Source of the DNA: an uncultured Candidatus Binatia bacterium | Lineage (GTDB): Bacteria; Desulfobacterota; Binatia; HRBIN30 | Assembly (NCBI GenBank): GCA_964371655.1 | Contig: CAYJOD010000003.1 | Location: 82,145 to 146,144 of the forward strand | Direction: 5' to 3' | DNA length: 64,000 bases | Shown: in pieces, positions 1-8,046 of the stretch | Layout: each line of letters begins with the position of its first letter | How positions within the stretch are numbered: position 1 is the first letter of the stretch | The notes under the pieces: model-generated | Databases searched by the model: none | Told to the model about the DNA's origin: nothing | The model's input: the letters and a program-made list of their open reading frames with translations, nothing else | Position numbers and translations under genes: made by a program

Positions 1-2
1 CG

Positions 3-875
3 ATCGCGATCTACATGGACGCGGGCTTGTATGCGGTGGGGCGGTGGGGAGTCGAGCGTGCGGCGGCGCGCGGCGTGCCCGTGCGGAGCTTTCGCCACCA
101 CGATCCGCAGGCGTTGGATGCCGTGCTCGCGTGTGGCCGGACCGGCACTCGCCGGCCGTTGATTGTCACCGACGGGTTCTGCCCGGCCTGCGGCACGCCC
201 GCTCCACTACGAGCTTACCTGGAATGTGCGCGTCGATACCGTGGACAGCTGGTAATCGACGACACCCAGGCGCTCGGCGTGCTCGGTCACATGCCGAGCG
301 CACACATGCCGTATGGGTTCGGCGGCGGCGGGTCGCTGCGTTGGCATCGAATACGCGGTGCTGACGTCATGGTCGTGAGCTCTCTGGCCAAGGGGTTCGG
401 GGTTCCGGTGGCGGTTCTCGCTGGGTCGCGGGAATGCGTCGATGGCTTTCAAGTGCGGAGCGACACGCTCGTCCACAGCAGCCCGCCATCGACAGCCGTG
501 TGCAGCGCCGCAACGAACGCTCTGACGATCAACCGCAGCAGTGGCGATGTGCTGCGAGCTCGGCTGGCAGGACGGGTCGCCAAGTTCCGGAAGTGTCTGG
601 CCGCGGTAGGTGTCCGACCGGCCGGGGCACAATTCCCTGTGCAGACCTTCCGCTTCGAGAGTCGCAGGGGGGCCGAGCAGTTTCACGATGCGTTGCTCAG
701 CCAGAACATCCGCAGTGTTCTCGTCGGGCCACGTGCCGAACACCGTGGCGGCGTCGCGTTGATCGTCACCGCGCGGCACACGGCCGATCAGATCGAATAC
801 GCCGCTCAGAAGATCGCCAGCGTGCTCTCCTGTGATGTGCGCGGGCTGGATGAACGGGAAAGGAGAGCTCAATGA
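3..875 (+). CDS. PLP-dependent alpha-oxoamine synthase family protein (BioF/Kbl-like, diverged), 5'-truncated by window edge
   Basis: Frame open from position 3; FRHHD, VTDG, IDDTQALG and SSLAKGFG (PLP lysine) motifs; stop overlaps next ATG (ATGA). Confidence 0.8.
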   Translation: MAIYMDAGLYAVGRWGVERAAARGVPVRSFRHHDPQALDAVLACGRTGTRRPLIVTDGFCPACGTPAPLRAYLECARRYRGQLVIDDTQALGVLGHMPSAHMPYGFGGGGSLRWHRIRGADVMVVSSLAKGFGVPVAVLAGSRECVDGFQVRSDTLVHSSPPSTAVCSAATNALTINRSSGDVLRARLAGRVAKFRKCLAAVGVRPAGAQFPVQTFRFESRRGAEQFHDALLSQNIRSVLVGPRAEHRGGVALIVTARHTADQIEYAAQKIASVLSCDVRGLDERERRAQ

Positions 876-1135
876 GAACCAATGCCGCACGTCGACTGAG
901 TCCGTGGCTTGATCCTGACACCGAGCTGGATTCGATCGTCCGAGAGCTCGGGAGCAGCTCTGGATCCGGGGCGGATCGCGTCAGATGGATCCAGCAGTCG
1001 CTCAACCGGATTCTGGGTTTGAAGCTCGCTGAAGACGGCATCATGGGCCCACAGACGCGCAGCGTGATTCGCAGCTTCCAATCGAAGTACGGGTTGCGTG
1101 TCGATGGGATCGTTGGGCCACAAACGGAGGCCGCG
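633..1135 (+). repeat. Imperfect ~500 bp direct repeat, copy 1 (BioF-like 3' end + RBS + leader/PG-binding start)
   Basis: Aligns by eye with ~2613-3110. Confidence 0.9.
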
Positions 1136-2185
1136 TTGCGGTCAGCGGTGAGCGGTGCACGCGGAGGCACCGCACCACCAACCCAAGGGGGCTCGCGAGG
1201 ATCTGCAGCAGATCGCGTTAAATGGGTCCAGCAGTCGCTCAATCGAGTGGCTGGTGAACGACTAGTGGAGGACGGAATCGCCGGGCCAGCCACGACGGCT
1301 GCTATCAAGCGGTTCCAGGCCCGACGAGGCCTGTCCCCGGATGGAGTCGCCGGCCCACGAACGCAAGCGGCACTCGTATCTGCCGGTGCTACACCCCCAC
1401 CGCTAACCACAGCACCTGACGCCACGCTCAAGAACTTCGACTTTGACCGGGCTGACATCCAGCCCTTTCATCGGCCACAAATGGAGCAGATCGCGGCGCG
1501 TATCGCAGAAAGCTGGCGTACAGGAGCGGCTGTCCACACGGTTGTCCTTGTAGGCCACACTGATCCTGTCGGTTCAGCAGACTACAACGTTCGTCTGGGC
1601 ATGCGGCGCGGTTTGGCAGTACGCGCTGCACTGGCCCGAGCGCTTGAGCTACAGCAACGCGGTCTCAGTTCTCGAGTTTTTATCCGCGTGACCAGCAAAG
1701 GCGAGCAAGACGCTGTTGATAATGATCCCGGTAGCAATCGGCGCGTTGAAGTGTTCTTGTCAACACGTAAGCTGCAACCGCGCAGACCGCCTCCCCCGCC
1801 GCCAGGACCGCAGCCGCCACCTCCGAAGCCGACCAACGGCGATCAACCCAAGCCGAAGCCTCGGGGCTGCGACTGGGAAACGAGCATCGATTGGGATGAA
1901 AAGTTCGAACGGAACTTCCAGAGTTGTTGCACCAGCCTCTACGCAGCCCGAAGCTTCTGCCCACTCGTCCCCGAATGGGCGAAATTGCTGCCGGAGTTCG
2001 AGATCTGTCGGCTGACGCCCGCGGAATTCGAAGCACGCGTCGACCAAGGCATTTTCCAGAACGTCCAATCAGAGGTCGTGCAGGAAACCGGTATCGTTGG
2101 GGGTGTCGGTAACTGCAGCCCGGCCGCTGTCACCGGCCGGCGGTTCACAGAGTGGAAGAGTCGTACTGGCAGGAAATGTTCTTGA
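872..2185 (+). CDS. Peptidoglycan-binding (2 repeats) + OmpA-like domain protein with Pro-rich linker and Cys-rich C-terminal domain
   Basis: Two WxQQSLN...DGxxGPxT repeats; OmpA motifs FDFDRADI, GHTD, NVRLGMRR, NRRVEV; RBS AAGGAG; no signal peptide visible. Confidence 0.85.
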   Translation: MRTNAARRLSPWLDPDTELDSIVRELGSSSGSGADRVRWIQQSLNRILGLKLAEDGIMGPQTRSVIRSFQSKYGLRVDGIVGPQTEAALRSAVSGARGGTAPPTQGGSRGSAADRVKWVQQSLNRVAGERLVEDGIAGPATTAAIKRFQARRGLSPDGVAGPRTQAALVSAGATPPPLTTAPDATLKNFDFDRADIQPFHRPQMEQIAARIAESWRTGAAVHTVVLVGHTDPVGSADYNVRLGMRRGLAVRAALARALELQQRGLSSRVFIRVTSKGEQDAVDNDPGSNRRVEVFLSTRKLQPRRPPPPPPGPQPPPPKPTNGDQPKPKPRGCDWETSIDWDEKFERNFQSCCTSLYAARSFCPLVPEWAKLLPEFEICRLTPAEFEARVDQGIFQNVQSEVVQETGIVGGVGNCSPAAVTGRRFTEWKSRTGRKCS

Positions 2186-2612
2186 GCGCGACGAACTTGT
2201 CCACACCGGCGAGCCGCAGCGCCGTGTCCGAGATCTCCGTGGGGATGCCCGTAACGTTGGGGCCGTCTGATACTGGGGCATGTCGAATCGGCAGTTAATA
2301 CGGGCGATATAGGCGGGTGTGCGTCAGCCCGCGCGATAGCGGTGTGACAGAGGCGCTGGAGCAACCGAGCAATTCACGGCAAGGGAGGTTCACAATGGCA
2401 TACAAGTATAAGCGCCTGGTCAGCCTCCCCCGACCGGGATTTGGCCGAAGCGTGCCGCGCAGCGTGCTAGGGGGGCGGGCTTGTGCGCCTTCCCCGGCTG
2501 GGCATCGGGCGTTCGGTTGCGCGGGAAGGATTCGCGGGTGAGTGGGAGTTGGGGGGATGTCGAGAGCCACTGCCGGCGCGATACACAGCGAGCAGGTTGC
2601 GCGTGTCACCGC

Positions 2613-2845
2613 TTTCCGGTGCGCACCTTCCTTTCGAGAGCAGTACACGTGCCCAGGAGTTTCACGACGCGCTCAGCCAGAACATTCGCAGCGTTCTGGT
2701 GGGGCCGCGGGCCGAACACCGCGGCGGCGTCGCGTTGATCGTCACCACGCAGCACACGGCCTAGCATATCCAATACGCCGCTCAGCAGATCGCCCTCGTG
2801 CATGATGCGCGCGCGTTAGACGAACCGGAAAGGAGAGCTCGATGA
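2613..2845 (+). pseudogene. Degenerate copy of the BioF-like gene 3' end
   Basis: Encodes EFHDALSQNIRSVLVGPRAEHRGGVALIVT like the first gene, but with indels and an in-frame TAG at 2762-2764. Confidence 0.85.
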
Positions 2846-3110
2846 GGACGAATACCGCACGTAGCGTGAGCCCGTGGCTCGATCCTGAGACCAAGCTTGA
2901 TTCGATCGTCCGAGAGATCGGGAGCAGTTCCGGAACCGGGGCGGATCGCGTTAGATGGATGCAGCAGTCGCTTAACCGGATTCTGGGCCTCAAGCTCGCT
3001 GAAGACGGTATCATGGGGACGCAGACGCGCAGCGCGATCCGGAGCTTCCAACAAACCCGAGGCTTGGCCGTCGACGGTGTTGCCGGGCCACGGACAGTGG
3101 CAGCGCTGAA
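2613..3110 (+). repeat. Imperfect ~500 bp direct repeat, copy 2
   Basis: Aligns with ~633-1135, e.g. shared gccgaacacc...ggcggcgtcgcgttgatcgtcacc and ggaaaggagagctc-N-atgag. Confidence 0.9.
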
Positions 3111-4548
3111 TGCGGCACTGACTGGGGCGACCCAGCCCGCCTCGACGGGCGACGTCAAGTGTCACGTGCTGGACGACTTCCTGTTCGATGCGGCAAGTAT
3201 GCCTGTGAAGCACATGCCAACAATCCGGCAGATCGCGAATCGTATTGTAGAGAGTCAGAGGACCGCTCAGCCGACCACCTCCATTCGCATTGAGGGCCAT
3301 ACGGATCCAAAGGGCACAGAGGCGTACAACCTCGATCTTGGTCGCCGCCGTGCGGAGGATGTCCGTGGCCACCTCGTGAGAGCGGTCGAGACCATCCGCC
3401 CCGGTCTCGCTGGCCGGCTCACTTTCATCGTCGAAAGCCGCGGTGAGAGCCACCCGATTGCCGTCGAGCCTCGGCGAAACCGCCGCGTCGAAGTGTCATT
3501 GCGAAGAGCGCGGAGGTCACTCGATCGAGACTCGGATGCACTCGTGCTTATTCCGAACCGTTTCGGCTACATATGGTCGGGGCGTTTCTTCCGTAGCTCG
3601 TCGAATTCGTTCAGCTCCAAGTCCGGCACGATCGCGGGTCCTGGCGTAATCCCGCCAGACAGTCGTCAGCGCGTTCGTGGGACGTTGGCAGTACCATTCC
3701 GGTTCATTTGCTCTCTCGTCACTGAATTCGGGGAAGACCCCGACATGCCGGGCGCGCCCATTCGAGCGTTCGGGACCGGGACATTGATAAGCCCAAGACA
3801 TGTTCTTACAGCGGGCCACAACGTCTTAAGGATGTTCCAGGGTCGCAAAGGGAGTTTCGCTCTACGGGGAGCCGAACGTGTAACCGTCTTGCCTGCCCGA
3901 AATGGAGGAAGCGCGAGGCACCCATACGGATCTGTGCCCCGCTTGGAAGCTACCGGGGACTGGCGAGTACCGCCGGAATGGCGCAAACAACCTGGGCTTG
4001 CGCGAGGCTTCGACTTCGCCTTGATCACGCTCAAGAGCGCGATCCCGAGCAACTGGGGGTTCTGGGGAACAGAGTCGACCATAGTGCAGGCCGTTGAACC
4101 ATCTGCGCTCATTGGCCTGCCCATAAACACGTCTGGCTACCCAGAAGAAAAGATCGAGAGCAAGCCAATCGGCAGCGATGCTTCGGAGGAAGATTGGGAA
4201 AGGACCTGCTCAACGCAATGGCGTTCCTCCGGCAAGGTAGAAGGGTGTGAGCAGGAGAAGGTAGAAGAGTGTGATCCACGGACGTTTGCAAATGACCTCG
4301 ATGGAACGAGTGGGCAATCGGGTAGCCCGATCTGGCTTGTATCAAAAGGCAACGGCATCAGAATCATGGCAGGCATCTTCACCAGAGCCATTCACGATAA
4401 AACAGAAACTGGAAAGCTCTATTACACCGGGGTGAACGGGGGCGTTCGGATTACATCCGACCTACTCGAAACCCTAAGCGGTTGGATGAAGGCGGACGAC
4501 GTTTCCAGCACAGTCGAGAAGGGAACCCTTCTGGTGAAAGCTCGATGA
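2842..4548 (+). CDS. Peptidoglycan-binding + OmpA-like + trypsin-like (V8-type) serine protease
   Basis: Same leader as 872..2185; GHTD/NLDLGRRRA/NRRVEV; catalytic triad motifs LTAGH, FDFALI, GQSGSP. Confidence 0.88.
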   Translation: MRTNTARSVSPWLDPETKLDSIVREIGSSSGTGADRVRWMQQSLNRILGLKLAEDGIMGTQTRSAIRSFQQTRGLAVDGVAGPRTVAALNAALTGATQPASTGDVKCHVLDDFLFDAASMPVKHMPTIRQIANRIVESQRTAQPTTSIRIEGHTDPKGTEAYNLDLGRRRAEDVRGHLVRAVETIRPGLAGRLTFIVESRGESHPIAVEPRRNRRVEVSLRRARRSLDRDSDALVLIPNRFGYIWSGRFFRSSSNSFSSKSGTIAGPGVIPPDSRQRVRGTLAVPFRFICSLVTEFGEDPDMPGAPIRAFGTGTLISPRHVLTAGHNVLRMFQGRKGSFALRGAERVTVLPARNGGSARHPYGSVPRLEATGDWRVPPEWRKQPGLARGFDFALITLKSAIPSNWGFWGTESTIVQAVEPSALIGLPINTSGYPEEKIESKPIGSDASEEDWERTCSTQWRSSGKVEGCEQEKVEECDPRTFANDLDGTSGQSGSPIWLVSKGNGIRIMAGIFTRAIHDKTETGKLYYTGVNGGVRITSDLLETLSGWMKADDVSSTVEKGTLLVKAR

Positions 4549-4723
4549 TCGGCGCGCCCCCCTCTGGCACGCAGGGCCGGGAGACGGGCTTATCACCCCG
4601 TGGGACGCCGCCCGACAGGGCCGGGATGTGATCCGGCCCTGCCGGGGCCAGTATGCGCCGCACCGTGTGCGGATGCTCGTGGGCGACAACCGTGCCACAG
4701 GCAATCACGCTAGGGAGGCCGGA

Positions 4724-6118
4724 ATGACCGCGAGCTGCTCAAACCATCTGGTCCTAGTAAAGCAGTTCGTTCGATTTCGCTCCGTCAGTGCGGATTCGAC
4801 GAACGGAGAGGCCCTCCGCGAATGTTCTGGTTGGTTGCGGGACCATTTGCACCGCATTGGCTTAGGCACTGCACGAGTTCTGTCGACTGCCGGTCATCCG
4901 GTCGTCTTCGGCGAATATCAGACCCTTCGCCGCCGGCCGACGGTCCTTGTCTACGGCCACTACGACGTGCAGCCGGCTGACCCGCTGCACGAGTGGCGCT
5001 CGCCGCCGTTCGAGCCGGTGATCCGCGGCGATTACCTGTACGGTCGTGGCGCGTGTGACGACAAGGGGCAGCTCTTCTGTCACGTGAAAGCGATCGAGTC
5101 GTACCTGAAAACCCACGGCGAGCTGCCTGTGAACGTTAAGCTCCTTATCGAGGGCGAAGAAGAAATTGGTAGCCCGAATCTCCACGCCTTCGTCGAGCGC
5201 CACCTCGACGAGCTGGCTGCCGATGTCGCGGTTATCTCAGACTCTCCCATGCGCGGTCCGAAGCAGCCGGCACTCACATATGCCTTGCGGGGGGCGTTGA
5301 GCCTGGATCTGGAGGTCCATGGGCTTGACCGTGATCTCCACTCCGGTCAGTTCGGTGGTGCTGTTCACAACCCCGCACAAGCGCTGGCCGAGATCCTCAG
5401 CCGGCTGCACGACAGAAACGGCCGTATCGCGATTCCGGGATTCTATGACCGCGTCCGTTCGGTAGCACCGGCGGAAAGGGCGTATCTCGCTCGGACCGGG
5501 CCGCGCGACGCGGAGATCTTGCACAATGCGGGAACAGCAGCGGGTTGGGGAGAAGCCGGGTACTCGCTGTATGAACGCACCACCATCCGTCCGGCGCTGA
5601 CCATCAACGGCATTACCGCTGGGTATCAAGGCCCCGGCGTCAAAGCGGTGATTCCACGGAGTGCGTCGGCCAAGCTGAACTTCCGGCTCGTACCGGATCA
5701 GGATCCACGCGAGATCGATCTCTTGTTCCGGAAATTTCTCGATAAAGTCACGCCGCTAACCGTGCGGATCGCTGTGCGTACGCAGATCGCGGCGAAACCA
5801 GTTCTGATTGATCACCGGCATTCTGCGATGCGCGCCGCGGCGCGCGCGTATGAGCGGACCTTCGGTGTCCCACCCGTCCTGATTCGCTCGGGCGGCACGA
5901 TCCCTGTCGTGAACATGTTCCAAGAGCTGCTGGGCATACCGACTGTCCTCATGGGATTCGGCCTTCCTGATGCCGGCATTCACGGGCCGAACGAGAGATT
6001 GCACCTGCCGACATTCTTCAAAGGAATTCAGACCTCAATCCATTTCCTTGCCGAAGCGGGGCGCTCGTTGAAGCCGCGGGCGATCTCTTGCGGTCAAGGC
6101 CGGGGGATCGCCGCATGA
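4724..6118 (+). CDS. M20 family metallopeptidase (dipeptidase, ArgE/DapE-like)
   Basis: YGHYDVQP, GRGACDDKGQ, EGEEE, HGPNE; RBS GGGAGG before ATG 4724. Confidence 0.9.
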   Translation: MTASCSNHLVLVKQFVRFRSVSADSTNGEALRECSGWLRDHLHRIGLGTARVLSTAGHPVVFGEYQTLRRRPTVLVYGHYDVQPADPLHEWRSPPFEPVIRGDYLYGRGACDDKGQLFCHVKAIESYLKTHGELPVNVKLLIEGEEEIGSPNLHAFVERHLDELAADVAVISDSPMRGPKQPALTYALRGALSLDLEVHGLDRDLHSGQFGGAVHNPAQALAEILSRLHDRNGRIAIPGFYDRVRSVAPAERAYLARTGPRDAEILHNAGTAAGWGEAGYSLYERTTIRPALTINGITAGYQGPGVKAVIPRSASAKLNFRLVPDQDPREIDLLFRKFLDKVTPLTVRIAVRTQIAAKPVLIDHRHSAMRAAARAYERTFGVPPVLIRSGGTIPVVNMFQELLGIPTVLMGFGLPDAGIHGPNERLHLPTFFKGIQTSIHFLAEAGRSLKPRAISCGQGRGIAA

Positions 6119-6993
6119 GCCGCCTGACACTCACGCCGGCGGCTCCGATGATCATCGACTGCCACTGTCACGCGGGAACGGGAGACGGTCTGACTGGTCC
6201 CTGGGACACGGCGGCCCGTCTCGATCGGTACATGCTGCGTGCGGCTCGGGCTGGCATTCAGCGCACCGTCATCTTCGCGGCGTTTCACTCTGACTACGCA
6301 AAAGCAAACCGCGAAGTAGCGCGGATTGTCAAGGCGCGTCCGCATCGCTTCTATGGCTTCGCCTTCGTCGATGCCGCTCGCGACCGCGGTCGCATTGCAA
6401 CTATGGTGCGTGAGGCCGTCGAGCAGCATGGCTTTGTCGGCATCAAGGTCCACCGCCACGATGCCCGCATCACGCGCGAAGTGTGCGACCTTGCCCGCGC
6501 CTACCGCCTGCCCGTTTTGTACGACGTCATGGGGGAGGTGGCGGTCGTTGAGCTGCTCGCCACCGAATATCGTGACGTCAACTTCATTATTCCTCACCTC
6601 GGCAGCTTCGGCGACGACTGGCGTGCGCAGCTGGCCCTCATCGATCATCTGGTGCGGCATCCGAACGTGTACACCGACACGTCGGGCGTGCGGCGCTTCG
6701 ACCTCCTGGCGGATGCGGTTGCCCGCGCCGGCGCTCACAAGGTGCTGTTCGGGACCGACGGTCCATGGTTGCACCCTGCAGTCGAGCTGGCGAAGATCCG
6801 AGCCTTGCAGCTCTCAGTCGACGACGAGCAACGCGTGGTCGCCGGCAACTTCCTCCGGCTCATTCGCGAGGTGCGCCGTGCCGGGTCATTCGCGGGAGGA
6901 GCGTCACGACGGAGCGGAGCGGATGTCAGCCGGCGCGATCCGTGCTTCGCGGATCCGTTTCCAACCTCCGAGTCGCTGCGACTTTCTCCGTAA
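6115..6993 (+). CDS. Amidohydrolase family protein (amidohydro_2 TIM barrel)
   Basis: IIDCHCH, GIKVH, IPHLG, FGTDGP; ATGA overlap with the M20 gene. Confidence 0.88.
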   Translation: MSRLTLTPAAPMIIDCHCHAGTGDGLTGPWDTAARLDRYMLRAARAGIQRTVIFAAFHSDYAKANREVARIVKARPHRFYGFAFVDAARDRGRIATMVREAVEQHGFVGIKVHRHDARITREVCDLARAYRLPVLYDVMGEVAVVELLATEYRDVNFIIPHLGSFGDDWRAQLALIDHLVRHPNVYTDTSGVRRFDLLADAVARAGAHKVLFGTDGPWLHPAVELAKIRALQLSVDDEQRVVAGNFLRLIREVRRAGSFAGGASRRSGADVSRRDPCFADPFPTSESLRLSP

Positions 6994-7181
6994 CCGTCGC
7001 CGTTATCCGCGCCGTGGATTCTTGCTCTTGGAGAAATCGGCACTCAAGGCGAGTTCCTCTACGACCGGCTCAAAGCTGGCGCTTCGCGCGCGATGCGCCA
7101 GCTTTGAGCTCCAACCCACGAGAACTGAATCATCCGCCCCACGTCCGCTTCGATCGCCTAGGGCGTGGCGGCAAAGGCACG

Positions 7182-7748
7182 CTATTGCGGCCCCGGCCCG
7201 CGTACGCACCAATAATTGATGAAATTCGTCTTGTTAAGACCGCTGGCCACCCCCCCATTAGCCAAGTTGGGAACACGCGTAGCGCTCCGATCCGGGGTCG
7301 CGTCATTCGAAGCCGCCTCGGTGCTGGTCCAATAGTACGTGTTCTGGACGTTGACGAAGGGGTGCCCCAGGGGCAGTGCGGGATTCGACCGCGTCATATC
7401 AATGAGGGAATAGAGTTCCGTCGTAGTTGGGAGGCGCCACCCACCCCGCCCTCCGATGGTAGCTTTGGAACAACAGTTGACCGCGAGGGCCCAGTTACCT
7501 GGATTACCACACCCGCCGACGGTAGCCGCACCCGCATCCAGCTGCCACACCAGTCCGGTCTCCTTGTCGAGCACCGCCTCAGAGTTGAAGTTCGTCAAGA
7601 CCTTGAACCGCGACGGCGTATCGAAAGTCGCACTCCACGGCTTCAGCGACGCAGCACCCGCTGAGCTGACCACTGTCAAGGAGCCTGCCAAGCCAAGCGC
7701 GGCACCGATTACCACTCTGGCCAATATTTCATGTCGTTTCGATTTCAT
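7182..7748 (-). CDS. Secreted DUF1566/Lcl C-terminal domain protein (C-type lectin-like fold)
   Basis: Signal peptide; VLDKETGLVWQ, GWRLPTxxEL, YYWTST; RBS AAGGAGGAG. Confidence 0.8.
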   Translation of the reverse strand: MKSKRHEILARVVIGAALGLAGSLTVVSSAGAASLKPWSATFDTPSRFKVLTNFNSEAVLDKETGLVWQLDAGAATVGGCGNPGNWALAVNCCSKATIGGRGGWRLPTTTELYSLIDMTRSNPALPLGHPFVNVQNTYYWTSTEAASNDATPDRSATRVPNLANGGVASGLNKTNFINYWCVRGPGPQ

Positions 7749-7967
7749 GTCTCCTCCTTCTGCTCACCAAGCAACCGGGTCGGGCCCGCGAGTCGCGTGA
7801 GACGTGAGAACTAGTCTGTTTCCAGGGGCGGCATACCGGCCGCTCTGTTTTTTTCTTGGCACTGGTCATACCATGGTATCAGCCCCTATCGAGCCGCGAG
7901 CGTGACGTAAGTCATGCTCGCCATTGACCACAGTCCCCGTCTCTGACGCGAACCTGTTTTGCCCCAG

Positions 7968-8040
7968 GTGACGCTCCTCGATCATCTGGCTCGGCATCCG
8001 AACGTGTACACCTATGCACCGGGGGTGTGTGGCGCGCACC
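7968..8040 (+). pseudogene. Remnant duplicate of an internal amidohydrolase segment
   Basis: 7978-8012 matches 6641-6675 at 33/35 nt (LDHLARHPNVYT vs IDHLVRHPNVYT). Confidence 0.75.
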
Positions 8041-8046
8041 TCAGTC

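Noticed and set aside
3-875. Calling the first gene bioF (biotin synthesis)
   Set aside because: No other bio genes nearby and key histidine motifs appear substituted.
2395-2541. 48-aa ORF (MAYKYKRL...) with a GGGAGG RBS as an immunity gene
   Set aside because: Short, no recognisable features and adjacent to decayed sequence; may be a remnant and cannot be supported.
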